DNA of 64,000 nt, from assembly GCA_050952625.1 (NCBI GenBank), contig JBMNLH010000001.1, forward strand, positions 1,312,001-1,376,000, in the 5' to 3' direction. Below, in pieces: positions 52,339 through 62,393 of this stretch. Under the pieces are notes generated by a model, which saw only the letters and a list, made by a program, of their open reading frames with translations, was not told the DNA's origin and made no database searches. A program made the position numbers and the translations under genes. Position 1 is the first letter of the stretch. Every line of letters begins with the position of its first letter. Origin of the DNA: Bacillota bacterium. Lineage in GTDB: Bacteria > Bacillota > Ch66 > Ch109.

Positions 52339-53901
52339 TTAGAGAGGAATATTACCGTGCTTCTTCCAGGGAAGCTTGTCAACCTTGTCCTTGAAGGCTT
52401 CCAGGGCACTGATAATGGTCGGCCGGGTTTGCTTCGGCTCGATAACACAGTCAATGTGCCCTTTGGCCGCTGCAATATAAGGATTATTGAACGTAGTATC
52501 ATATTGCTTAATAAGCTCAGCCCGTTTGGCATCTGGATCCTCGGCAGCAGCAATCTCTTTTCGGAAGACAATGTTCGCTGCCCCTTCTGCACCCATAACA
52601 GCAATTTGAGCAGTCGGCCAGGCAATAACCATATCTGGCCCCATGTCCTTACTGCACATGGCCATGTAGGAACCGCCATAAGCTTTACGAGTAATAATCG
52701 TGATTTTCGGTACTGTGGCTTCGGAATAAGCATAGAGCATTTTGGCACCGTGGCGGATGATTCCACTCCATTCTTGGCCTTTGCCAGGTAAGAAACCAGG
52801 GACGTCTACAAAAGTAAGAATCGGAATGTTGAAGCAGTCACAGAAACGAATGTGCCGGGCAGCTTTATCAGAACAGTTAACGTCCAGGCAGCCAGACATC
52901 ATTTGCGGTTGGTTAGCAATAATCCCAACAGTTTGTCCGTTCATCCGGGCAAACAGGGTCAGCATATTCTGGGCATAGTCTTTCATGACTTCTAAAATTT
53001 CGCCGTTATCCACAACCAACTTGATCAAGTTCCGCATATTGAAAACACGATTGGAAGAGTCCGGAATAAAGGTGTTCAGTTTTTCTTCCATTCGATCAAT
53101 GGGATCGTTGCATTCAACAACCGGAGCTTTTTCGCGATTGCTCTGCGGCAAGTAGGATAGCAGTTCCTTAACCTTAGTGATACATTCTTCATCATTTTCT
53201 ACTGCCCAGTGAGCGTTACCGGAAATCTTAGTGTGGGTTACGGCCCCGCCCAGTTCTTCGGCAGTAATAATTTCGCCGGTGGCAGCTTTAATAACCTCTG
53301 GCCCAGTGATGTACATCTGGCCAGTACCTTTAACCATCAGAATGAAGTCCATGATCGCCGGGGAATAAACAGCTCCGCCAGCGGTCGGCCCCATAATACA
53401 GGTGATTTGCGGCACAACTCCGGAAGCCCGGGTGTTACGGAAGAAGATCTTACCGTATCCACTGAGGGAGTACATACCTTCCTGAATCCGAGCTCCACCG
53501 GAATCGTTGAACCCAACAATTGGCGCACCCATGGCCATCGCCATTTCCTGCATTTTGCAGATTTTATTAGCTTGCCATTCGCCCATGGATCCACCCATAG
53601 AGGTGAAGTCCTGCGAAAAAACAAATACGGTCCGGCCATTAACTTTACCATAACCGCAAACTACTGCATCAGCCGGTACTTCTTTTTTATCCATCCCAAA
53701 AAAGGTGCTGTGGTGAGTAACAAACTTATCAATTTCTACAAAAGTGCCCTCATCAAAGAAAAAGTCGATTCTTTCCCGAGCGGTCATTTTCCCCATGCCT
53801 TTTTGCTTTTCCACCATCTTGGGACCGCCCATGGCATCAATTGTCGCACTTCTTTGTCTAAAGTTTTCCAGCTTTTCAGCAGTAGTTAAAAAATCAGCCA
53901 T
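52339..53901 (-). CDS. Acyl-CoA carboxyltransferase subunit (PccB/MmdA/12S-like), paralog 2
   Basis: Same motifs as paralog 1; ends KKHGNIPL. Confidence 0.93.
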   Translation of the reverse strand: MADFLTTAEKLENFRQRSATIDAMGGPKMVEKQKGMGKMTARERIDFFFDEGTFVEIDKFVTHHSTFFGMDKKEVPADAVVCGYGKVNGRTVFVFSQDFTSMGGSMGEWQANKICKMQEMAMAMGAPIVGFNDSGGARIQEGMYSLSGYGKIFFRNTRASGVVPQITCIMGPTAGGAVYSPAIMDFILMVKGTGQMYITGPEVIKAATGEIITAEELGGAVTHTKISGNAHWAVENDEECITKVKELLSYLPQSNREKAPVVECNDPIDRMEEKLNTFIPDSSNRVFNMRNLIKLVVDNGEILEVMKDYAQNMLTLFARMNGQTVGIIANQPQMMSGCLDVNCSDKAARHIRFCDCFNIPILTFVDVPGFLPGKGQEWSGIIRHGAKMLYAYSEATVPKITIITRKAYGGSYMAMCSKDMGPDMVIAWPTAQIAVMGAEGAANIVFRKEIAAAEDPDAKRAELIKQYDTTFNNPYIAAAKGHIDCVIEPKQTRPTIISALEAFKDKVDKLPWKKHGNIPL

Positions 53902-54331
53902 TCTTTTAATTACTCCCCTTTCGTATATCCTCTAGCATTCACTGCACCCAATTCATAAAGGAGATTGATTTTAATCAATCCCTTGAGGAAATGCAGTCAA
54001 AAATCACTTACCCTCCTGTCACGTCGCAAAAACACCCGGCTATTTCTACGGCCATTAAATGCCTAATATGACCGGGTTTGTCACTCCTGAACCGATTTAG
54101 TTCTCATCGATTAAGACAACTTAGTACAACAACCAGTCAAAACATCCCAGGAACTGGGTAACCTGATACTAAAATTTATTAATCCTTCTTCCTGCAAATA
54201 CAACAAAATCGTTTTGCCGAAATGAAGGCCGTAGATGCCCCCCTTTCTAAAAAATAACAACATTTTATGATATTATTTTTAAAACAAGCAAAAACCACAA
54301 AAACAAACTAAAACTGACTAAAATAATAATA

Positions 54332-54712
54332 TTAATCTAAATCTTCGACCGATGCCTGTTTTTGGTAGGCCACATAACGGTTATAAATATTGTATAAAGC
54401 GGTAATCAAAGCGCGACGGGCACTGCCGTGATACCGTTTTTCCAGTCTCTCTTCGAGGCCTTCCACACCTAATTCAAAACAGTATCCCTCAATTAAACCT
54501 CTAAGGAAACTTCGTCCTAAACCAGTAACTAGATTCGTATCCGCCTCGACAATAATCGAGGTTGTAGGGTCAATAGTGACGGCTATAACGATGGCCTCAT
54601 ATACCTTCGAGGCAGCGGAGGTAAGTGGCAATTTGCCATATCCCGTAATAAATAAGAGTTCACGTGAGGTATCTTCCAGCTTAACTTTGTTTTCCAGACC
54701 CTCTTTCTGCAA
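54332..54712 (-). CDS. DUF3870-like protein
   Basis: FITGYGKLP..A...Y, IVEADTNLVT.LGRSF, RYHGSARRALI.AL. Confidence 0.75.
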   Translation of the reverse strand: MQKEGLENKVKLEDTSRELLFITGYGKLPLTSAASKVYEAIVIAVTIDPTTSIIVEADTNLVTGLGRSFLRGLIEGYCFELGVEGLEERLEKRYHGSARRALITALYNIYNRYVAYQKQASVEDLD

Positions 54713-54982
54713 AAGGCCTCCCTCCCTATTCATAGATTTCGACAGTATTTTCAAAATCCCTTCTTTTCTTGATAAAAATTGCGAGTTTTTCCTCCAACAA
54801 TGCTCCACCTTAACATTATATCATTTACCCGCCCAGCGTTCCAGATATTAACTATAACAATTGCTATTTATCAAAATATAGTTGTGTGGGCAGAATGCCC
54901 ACATAAAAAAACCCGGGTAGCCGGGTATAAAGAATCATTATTTAATTTACTCTTACGACCAAAACTCCTGCCAAAACCTTTC

Positions 54983-56170
54983 CTAGGATAACCCATAGTA
55001 AGAAGCTACCATACTGTAGTATCGACTTACCTTCGGGTCAGTCTTCAGAGCTTTGGCCACATCAATCAGCCCAGCTCCCTGGTATTCAGGCCGGAGCGAG
55101 AGCTGCTGGGCGGTTAGTTTTAGGTGTTGTTTTACTTGATCCGGGGTAAGGTCTCCCCATTTATTTAGAATTTGAGCAATCGCTCCAGTCACATGCGGGG
55201 CAGCCATCGAGGTACCGCTTTGCGATTTATAACCTCCATTATTCCAGGTAGACAGAATTTGATCACCGGGAGCGATAAAATCAACGCCCTGCCCAAAGCT
55301 GCTGAAATTGCTGATACTATTTCTTTCATTTAAAGAAGTGATAGCAATTGTTTCCGGATAGATTGCGGGATACTGCATTTTGTGTTGAATAGAATCATTG
55401 CCGGCCGCTGCCACCATAATTAATCCAGACTGATAGGCCTTTCTAAAGACCTCTTTAAAAGTAGGATTATCAGTAGGTGAGCCAAAACTCATATTGATCA
55501 GTTTAATTCGGTTGTTGATACACCATTGCAGGCCTCTGATGATATCAGTTAAAGAACCTTCTCCCTTAGAATTAAACACCTTAACTGCGTATAGATCAGC
55601 CTTAGGCATAACCCCGACTATGCCGATCTCATTGTTTAACGCCCCAATGATTCCCGCGACATGGGTTCCATGCCCATTGGGATCGGAAAAATCGGCGGGA
55701 TTCCCAGTTATATTGATTCCCCCCTTAATATTATCCCGGAGGTCTGGATGATCAGCTTGAATACCAGTATCAATAACCGCTACCCGGACACGCCGTTTGG
55801 GATTAACACTCAAAAAGTCTTCGCAATTAATCCGTTTAACGCCCCAACCGATTTGTTGCTTCATCTGTTTAGGAGTTTCCTTTTTGCGAATAGGAAAGAA
55901 AAAGTTAGGGTTAAAAAAATTGATAATTTTTATTGGCAAATCATCATCTATCCGACTAATATGGGGATTATTTGAAAGGACACCAGCTACCTCTCCACAC
56001 CGATTAACTGGAAACTCACAAAGCAGCGCATTGATAAGGGGTAGGCGCTCAATTATCTTTCCCCCCTGTTGTTGAATCTCCCTCTCATATTTTGAATAAG
56101 GAACTCCCTGTTTAATGCTCACTATTTTCCTTTGCATTTGTTCCTCTCTACCTCGAATCGGCCGTCTCAT
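54983..56170 (-). CDS. S8 subtilisin-family serine protease (no signal peptide)
   Basis: VAVIDTG, HGTHVAG, AAAGN, GTSMAAPH. Confidence 0.93.
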   Translation of the reverse strand: MRRPIRGREEQMQRKIVSIKQGVPYSKYEREIQQQGGKIIERLPLINALLCEFPVNRCGEVAGVLSNNPHISRIDDDLPIKIINFFNPNFFFPIRKKETPKQMKQQIGWGVKRINCEDFLSVNPKRRVRVAVIDTGIQADHPDLRDNIKGGINITGNPADFSDPNGHGTHVAGIIGALNNEIGIVGVMPKADLYAVKVFNSKGEGSLTDIIRGLQWCINNRIKLINMSFGSPTDNPTFKEVFRKAYQSGLIMVAAAGNDSIQHKMQYPAIYPETIAITSLNERNSISNFSSFGQGVDFIAPGDQILSTWNNGGYKSQSGTSMAAPHVTGAIAQILNKWGDLTPDQVKQHLKLTAQQLSLRPEYQGAGLIDVAKALKTDPKVSRYYSMVASYYGLS

Positions 56171-56366
56171 AAAGCACCCTCCTTTCAGGGAACTACTGGT
56201 TGCTAAACTATTTTATGCAACCGCCAGGACTTTGGAAACGGCTCGATATTGTCCTACTCTAATCCCTCTAAATAACATCCACTAGTTACCATGATTCTTT
56301 TCTAACCAATTTCACATGTAAGGAATATGATGATATATCCAAACAATAAAAACATGAGGTGATTTT

Positions 56367-56684
56367 GTGAACCCGAATAATCTGGAGGCTTTATTGGCTC
56401 AAATCATGCCCGTCCTATCAAATCCGAATGCTTTTTACTCTTTCTTAGAGCAGGCACCACTTAGCAGAGAGGAAAAAGAAGTTATTCGCCAATTTTACCG
56501 ACAATTATCAAACCCCCAATCCCACAAAGATTCAACACAATCCTTAAACCAGGTAATTCAGGACCTGATCGCGCGAACTAACCCGGCGCACCTCAAAAAC
56601 CTGGCTCCCATCTTGGACCAGTTGTCAAGATTATCTCCCGAACAACAAAAAGCGCTGCAAATGCTCCTTGGGATAAAGAGCTAA
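56367..56684 (+). CDS. Hypothetical helical protein
   Basis: GAGGTG RBS, 105 aa, Gln/Leu-rich. Confidence 0.6.
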   Translation: MNPNNLEALLAQIMPVLSNPNAFYSFLEQAPLSREEKEVIRQFYRQLSNPQSHKDSTQSLNQVIQDLIARTNPAHLKNLAPILDQLSRLSPEQQKALQMLLGIKS

Positions 56685-56689
56685 TTGTA

Positions 56690-56717
56690 ACACTTTAAAG
56701 TAGACGCACATATAATA
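56690..56717 (+). promoter_or_regulatory. sigmaK-like promoter
   Basis: ACA-16 nt-CATATAATA. Confidence 0.65.
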
Positions 56718-56768
56718 CATCGACACTCGGTTAATATACCCGATGGGGGTTGGGGAGGTGATCTTTGA

Positions 56769-57410
56769 ATGAACAGATCAAGGCGGCGTATCCACGAAGA
56801 ATTACGGATGGTAGAGAAGCAGCTACCCCTTTATTATCAAAAAATAAATGAGTTAGAAAGACGTCAAAAAGAGCTTCGATCCAGACTCGACGAACAGCAG
56901 GAAAAAATCCCCGGGCATCCCGAACCCTCAAGGAGGTTTTCGACGGCTGACTTTAGCGATCGTAAAAGAATAGCCGATGAAAAGGGTCAGGGGTATAATG
57001 ATCACCCATTTCGTTTTAACACTCCACCCAGATCCAAAACTCTGGGAGCTAAAGCAAAAGCCAATGCCGTTAGAGTCCTTGGGGAAGCCCGCGAAAAGTT
57101 CAGTTTACTAGGTGAAGGCATTTCTCAGTCCTTAACATATATTGATACAATGGTTCTAGTTCTGGAACTCATGGAGCAAAGCGGCGGTGAACTCCAGCAG
57201 CATTTGCTTAGAACAGCCAGTACCATTCAGCAGCAGGTTAACAACCCGTCCGTCAATAACTCAGCCTATCATTCAGGAGGGACAGATGCCCAGCAAAATG
57301 AAAATGCGAGCGGCTTTTCACTCGAAGCGCTTATGGAAATAATTAAGTCCCCACACTTTCAACAATTGGCTGATCAGTTAAAAGGAACTGTTCAAAACTA
57401 TAATAATTAG
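56769..57410 (+). CDS. Hypothetical coiled-coil protein, probably sporulation-related
   Basis: GGAGGTG RBS; N-terminal coiled coil; sigmaK-like promoter. Confidence 0.65.
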   Translation: MNRSRRRIHEELRMVEKQLPLYYQKINELERRQKELRSRLDEQQEKIPGHPEPSRRFSTADFSDRKRIADEKGQGYNDHPFRFNTPPRSKTLGAKAKANAVRVLGEAREKFSLLGEGISQSLTYIDTMVLVLELMEQSGGELQQHLLRTASTIQQQVNNPSVNNSAYHSGGTDAQQNENASGFSLEALMEIIKSPHFQQLADQLKGTVQNYNN

Positions 57411-57478
57411 ATAAACGAAAATTAGAATATTACAAATTAGGCGCAAAGTCGAGTCGGGCCTAACCCGGAGCTCGACTT

Positions 57479-59137
57479 TTATAATCCAGGTCCTGAAGAT
57501 CGGTTTCGATCGGACCACCCGAAAATTAAGAAAAGGCCAACAATCCCTGCTACTCCCAGATAAACATGTGATTCAAAAGTTTTTTCATTAATATACATAA
57601 TTACCGCAGTTATTAAAAACGCAGCAAAAACTATCGAACGACCTAAAAAGCGAATTGCTCTCTCTTGGCTGCGCAAAATCCGGGCTATAATATAACTATC
57701 AATTTTGATGTGAAGATTTCCTTGCTCAGCTAGACTAAGGGTTCGCTGCATTAACCCGGGCAGTTCCCCCAAAGTACCTAAAAAGGCAACTGCTTTCTTA
57801 TGGTATTGTTCCCAGGTTTCCCCGGAATCGTCTGTTAAGGCTAACCTCTTCAAATGAGGCTCTAACAAACTGATAAACTGAGTATCGGGCTGTAGTTCTA
57901 CACATAAACCAAACAGGGTCCCCAATGTTCGACCAAGAAAGATAAAAGCAGACGGTATCTGAAAAGGTTCCGCCCGAACTACCTCTTCAAACTGATGCAT
58001 GATTTCTATCCATTGCTCATTTGTAAATCTCCCCAATGGCATATCATAAACACGTTCCAGGATTTGATCCAATGCCCGCCGAACCACTACTGCGTCGGTT
58101 TCCGGCCGTAAAAATCCTAATTCCAAAAATGCCTTAACCATGCCGGGAGAATTCTTAGTCGCCATGGCTAAGATTAGTTTTCTTAATCCATCCTTGTCGA
58201 GTGCCGTGACTTGTCCAACCATACCAAAGTCGATTAAGCCCAAACGGCCATCAGGCAAAACGATCAGGTTGCCGGGATGCGGGTCTGCATGAAAAAAGCC
58301 CTGTTCCAGGATTTGTTGAATATATGTTTCGACCAATAAAGCCACTAGACTGGAGGGAGCTATTATTGGCTCCCATTGTTGAACATTAGTTATTTTATAG
58401 CCTTGAAGATATTCCAGGGTCAAAACTCGACGAGTTGTGTAATCCCAATAGACTTGAGGAATTTTAACGCGATTTTCTGCAGTAAAATTGTTTTGGAACC
58501 GTTCGCAATTTTTTCCTTCTTGAATGTAATCAAGCTCTGATACAAGGGTATTGGAAAACTCACGATAAAGGGCGGACATATCAAACCGGCGACCCCAATC
58601 GGTTAAAAGCTCAAGCAGGATAATAATCCGCTGCAGGGTTTTTAGATCACTCTCGACAACTTTTTCTATGCCTGGCCTTAATACCTTAACGGCTACTAAC
58701 TCGCCTGTGGGTATCCTTGCTAGATGCACCTGGCCTAATGAAGCTGCGGCTAACGCCTGTTTATTAAAACTTGTATAAATATCATTGATAGATTTACCAA
58801 ATTCCTGTTCGATTACCTGGATGATCCCTGATGCGTCTTCGAAGGTGACCTCATTTTGCAATTTAGATAGCTCTTCCGTATACTCCCGGGGCAACAGGTC
58901 AACTCTGGTACTAAAAAACTGGCCCAGCTTGATCCAAACCCCGCCGAGCATAATAGCAGTTTCACGAAGTCGAACTGCCTGGCGGCGATAAAGTTCCGGC
59001 CGCAATCGATCCATACTTTCGATTCCGCGGAAGATCCTTTGAAATCTATCGAAGACAAATTCTAGTACGATGCTAAAAAAAACTTTAAAAATAATGCGAG
59101 CTCTCCAGGCAAAATTTGAGTTATTATTTTCTTTCAA
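57479..59137 (-). CDS. ABC1/UbiB (AarF) family kinase
   Basis: IKLGQ, AAASLGQVH, VAVKV, ELDY..EG, FFHADPHPGN, IDFG. Confidence 0.93.
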   Translation of the reverse strand: MKENNNSNFAWRARIIFKVFFSIVLEFVFDRFQRIFRGIESMDRLRPELYRRQAVRLRETAIMLGGVWIKLGQFFSTRVDLLPREYTEELSKLQNEVTFEDASGIIQVIEQEFGKSINDIYTSFNKQALAAASLGQVHLARIPTGELVAVKVLRPGIEKVVESDLKTLQRIIILLELLTDWGRRFDMSALYREFSNTLVSELDYIQEGKNCERFQNNFTAENRVKIPQVYWDYTTRRVLTLEYLQGYKITNVQQWEPIIAPSSLVALLVETYIQQILEQGFFHADPHPGNLIVLPDGRLGLIDFGMVGQVTALDKDGLRKLILAMATKNSPGMVKAFLELGFLRPETDAVVVRRALDQILERVYDMPLGRFTNEQWIEIMHQFEEVVRAEPFQIPSAFIFLGRTLGTLFGLCVELQPDTQFISLLEPHLKRLALTDDSGETWEQYHKKAVAFLGTLGELPGLMQRTLSLAEQGNLHIKIDSYIIARILRSQERAIRFLGRSIVFAAFLITAVIMYINEKTFESHVYLGVAGIVGLFLIFGWSDRNRSSGPGL

Positions 59138-59155
59138 AAAATCCCTCCCTATTGA

Positions 59156-59995
59156 CTAATCAAAGATCATTTTTACGCCGACAATGACTAGAATTAGGGC
59201 AAAGGTCTTAACCAAGCTATCGCCGGAAATCCTTCTCGAGAAAGCTGCCCCTAATTGAGCCCCCAGAATTCCTCCTACAGATAAAAAGATCGCCAATGAC
59301 CATTGAAAGTGTCCCAAAGTCAAATGAGTCATTGATCCGACTAAGGCTGACCAAGTTAAAATGAAAAGCGAAGTAGCAGTCGCTACACGGGGAGGAAATT
59401 TCAGAACCAAAACCAATAACGGGACATGAATAATACCTCCGCCAATGCCTATGGCACTAGAAATAAAACCAATGCCAAAGCTTAAGACTATGCCTAAATA
59501 CTCATTAAATCGGTAACAATACTCATTCCCTTCGATATCCCGAAATGCTCTTTCTACCCAACCAAAGGGAAGAGAACGATTCTGACAATTATTTATGGCG
59601 TGTTTTTCTGAGTCATTTAATCTATGTTTGATGAATCGGCCATTACCAAACATAGTTACTGCCAAAATAATTAGAAGGATACCAAAAGCAATGCTAAATG
59701 AACGGCCAGTAAAAAACTCCGTTAGTCGTGACCCGATAATCGCTCCTGGAAAGGTGGCTAAGGCAAACCGCCAGCCGGAAGCTAAATCTATTCTTTGTTG
59801 ACGCCAGTAAGCCAATGAACCGGAAATAGCATTAAAAAAGACCATCGTGATTGAAGTTCCTACAACTGCCAAAGGCGACATGCCCAATCCAAGAATCATC
59901 AGCGGCACTGCAATAAATCCACCACCAACTCCAATCAGTGCTCCTAAAGACCCGGCCACAATCCCCGTTAGCGTTAACAAAAGGTATTCGAACAC
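59156..59995 (-). CDS. TauE/SafE (TSUP) family exporter
   Basis: GVGGGFIAVP and GIGGGIIHVP repeats, ATATSL. Confidence 0.9.
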   Translation of the reverse strand: MFEYLLLTLTGIVAGSLGALIGVGGGFIAVPLMILGLGMSPLAVVGTSITMVFFNAISGSLAYWRQQRIDLASGWRFALATFPGAIIGSRLTEFFTGRSFSIAFGILLIILAVTMFGNGRFIKHRLNDSEKHAINNCQNRSLPFGWVERAFRDIEGNEYCYRFNEYLGIVLSFGIGFISSAIGIGGGIIHVPLLVLVLKFPPRVATATSLFILTWSALVGSMTHLTLGHFQWSLAIFLSVGGILGAQLGAAFSRRISGDSLVKTFALILVIVGVKMIFD

Positions 59996-60065
59996 AGTTT
60001 TTCCCCTAATCTTTCAAGAAACAAATATTTTCGAAGGGCTTTCAATGAATTTGCTAATCATTCTA

Positions 60066-60181
60066 TAATCAAAAGACCGCCCCTTCTATAAGCGGGGTTA
60101 CCTTTTTTAAATGGAACTTCAGGTGAAGCAGAATATCCATTTGAACCTCGATATTCAGCGAAGCTGAACGAGTTCACTAAG
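60066..60181 (-). mobile_element. Three-hairpin element, copy E
   Basis: Reverse complement: cttagtgaactcgttcagcttcgctgaatatcg..cacctgaagt..ccccgcttatagaaggggcggtcttttga. Confidence 0.75.
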
Positions 60182-60283
60182 TCGAGTTTACTAAGTCGAG
60201 TTTACCATAGTCCGATAAGTTTCGCACCAATGAAGGCAAAATGTCCGTTAACCTTCCCTAAGCCGATTAGAAATTTGTCAGCC

Positions 60284-61525
60284 TCACTTAGCTGCCAGAG
60301 CATCAGTCGTTCTCGACTTCAATAACTGATCAAGTTCAGACTGATTAATATGTCCAACAATGGTTTTGATTAGTTGTCCACGCCAAAAAACATGAAACAT
60401 CGGCACTGATTTAATCTGGTAGCGTCGAGTAAGAAGTTCATTTCTGGAAGCATCAATGCGAACTAGTCTTACTTGGCTATGTTCATTCAGCCAATGTTCA
60501 ACCTCGCTTAATACAGTCAGACTTTCCTCATTATCTGGTCGGTAATAGCCAACTACGACCATGTCTTTAATCTGTAAAACTTCCCGATTAAAAAATTCGC
60601 TTTCATTTAAGTAATGACCCGCGGCTACAGCCGCAATAGCCCCGTCAGAAACAGCTGTAACGACCTGTCTTAGGTACTTAGTACGAGCGTCACCACAAGC
60701 ATAAACGCCCTCAATTGATGTCTGCATTTTCTCATCGGTTACAATATATCCTTTTTCGTCTAATTGTAATAATCCCTTGAACAAACTGGTCTTAGGATCG
60801 GTGCCGATTAAAATAAAAACCGCACTGGTCGATAACTTCCGAGTTGCTCCTGATTTTAAATTACGCAGCGTAACTGATTCAACTTTATGCTGACCATTAA
60901 TTGTATCAACTACTGTATGCCAAATCCAGTTAATTTTTTTATTGGCTTTGGCCTTTTCAAAGGCAATGGCATTTGCATCAACTTGACCTTCCTCATGCTT
61001 AACTACTACGGTCACCTTGGAAGCAAATCGAGTTAAATAATTGGCTTCTTCAATTGCTGCGTCCCCGCTGCCAACCACTAATACTTCCATACCTCGAAAA
61101 AACTCAGCGTCGCAAGTAGCACAATAGCTTACGCCTTTACCGCGTAATTCCAGCTCACCGGGTACCCCTAACAGTTTCGGTTCTGCCCCGGGTGCTAAAA
61201 TAATGGATTTAGCTGTATATTGACTAGAATTACCAATTAATTCTTTCATTGTTCCATCTAAATTAATTGCTTTAACCTCGTCACGGATGAATACAGCCCC
61301 CATCTGCTCGGCATGGTTGTATAAAGCAAGTACAATTTGGGGGCCAGTTGTACCCCGGCCAAAACCCGGAAAGTTTTCCACTTCATTTGTCGTAGCTATT
61401 TGACCTCCCGGGGTTCCTTTATCAACAATACCTACTTTCAAGAGAGAACGGGCTCCATAGATTCCGGCGGCCAATCCGGCTGGTCCAGCTCCCAAGACCA
61501 ATAAGTCATAAGTGTTACTTTTCAT
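60284..61525 (-). CDS. trxB: Thioredoxin reductase-family flavoprotein with C-terminal thioredoxin-like domain
   Basis: GAGPAGL, GVSYCATCD, GSGDAAIEEA, GVYACGD..RQVVTAVSDG; tail with RIDA..YQIKSVP. Confidence 0.85.
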   Translation of the reverse strand: MKSNTYDLLVLGAGPAGLAAGIYGARSLLKVGIVDKGTPGGQIATTNEVENFPGFGRGTTGPQIVLALYNHAEQMGAVFIRDEVKAINLDGTMKELIGNSSQYTAKSIILAPGAEPKLLGVPGELELRGKGVSYCATCDAEFFRGMEVLVVGSGDAAIEEANYLTRFASKVTVVVKHEEGQVDANAIAFEKAKANKKINWIWHTVVDTINGQHKVESVTLRNLKSGATRKLSTSAVFILIGTDPKTSLFKGLLQLDEKGYIVTDEKMQTSIEGVYACGDARTKYLRQVVTAVSDGAIAAVAAGHYLNESEFFNREVLQIKDMVVVGYYRPDNEESLTVLSEVEHWLNEHSQVRLVRIDASRNELLTRRYQIKSVPMFHVFWRGQLIKTIVGHINQSELDQLLKSRTTDALAAK

Positions 61526-61552
61526 ATTTTTCCTCCTTTAGCAGCTTTACTA

Positions 61553-61580
61553 TGGACATGGGACAGATAAACTGTCCCGG
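61553..61580 (+). repeat. GGGACA-palindrome (REP-like) copy 4
   Basis: tggacatgggacagataaactgtcccgg. Confidence 0.7.
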
Positions 61581-61903
61581 TTAGGCAGTGAAAAAGAAAT
61601 CAAACTCTTGTGCATTAACCCGGTTCAGCAGGCTAGACTTGCAAACCTCGTCGGCTTCGGTCAGGCATCAAAATCGCTCTATTGTGCCCGTCTTTATTAT
61701 TGTTTAGATCTTCTCAATCTATCCAAAAAGAAAAGGGTGGCACAGTCCACCCACCGGAGTATAAAATATACTATACAATTTTGAATTATCCTGTCTTTAC
61801 ATAATAGAGATGATGTGTTAAGATTAATATAGCCCACATGTAGGCCAAATCATTTTACTGCGTGAATAATTCAATAAATCTATTTTTTGAAAGGAGGAAT
61901 TCT

Positions 61904-62005
61904 ATGACTCGCGAATTAATTGATGCTATTCTATCCGAAATTGGACTAGAAGCCCTTGATGAAAAATTAGAAGACAAAGAAGAGAACAACCCTAGCCAAG
62001 AATAG
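61904..62005 (+). CDS. Small acidic protein (33 aa), not in the ORF track
   Basis: AAGGAGG RBS, then ATG; MTRELIDAILSEIGLEALDEKLEDKEENNPSQE*; hairpin plus T-run at the stop. Confidence 0.6.
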   Translation: MTRELIDAILSEIGLEALDEKLEDKEENNPSQE

Positions 62006-62018
62006 GGTGTTTTTTTGT

Positions 62019-62348
62019 TTAGAATTTATACTCTGGCAACGGCTCCGCAGATACTGAGTTTCGATTCCGCTCTAAATTTACTTTATCACCCGGTTTTAAA
62101 TCAGCCAGATTGGTTCGGCTCAGGGTACGTGGCCAGAGACGGATTACAAAAAAACGTTCAGTTAAATCAACTACTGTCAGACATACTCCATTTACTGCTA
62201 TTTGATCTCCAACTTTTAAAGTCGTTAATACTTGCTTAGCTTCAATAATCAATGTATTAACCCCGGAACCTTCGGGTCCGGCTTCAATAGAATTAATTAC
62301 ACCCGTTTCCTCGACTAATCCCCGGTACATAACACCGTTAGCATTCAT
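62019..62348 (-). CDS. Single lumazine-binding domain (N-terminal half of riboflavin synthase)
   Basis: MYRGLVEETG, GDQIAVNGVCLTV, TLSRTNL..GDKVNLER, then stop. Confidence 0.8.
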   Translation of the reverse strand: MNANGVMYRGLVEETGVINSIEAGPEGSGVNTLIIEAKQVLTTLKVGDQIAVNGVCLTVVDLTERFFVIRLWPRTLSRTNLADLKPGDKVNLERNRNSVSAEPLPEYKF

Positions 62349-62393
62349 TTCAGACCCACCCTTCCGTATTACCAAAACTATTTTTTGCGGTTA

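Noticed and set aside
53209-53889. 226-aa antisense ORF, and similar shadow ORFs across the window
   Set aside because: Antisense to well-conserved genes, with no RBS or recognizable motifs.
54015-54085. c-di-GMP-I riboswitch-like words (gtcgcaaa..gcctaa)
   Set aside because: Wrong strand for the downstream gene, and the P2 GAAA hairpin is missing.
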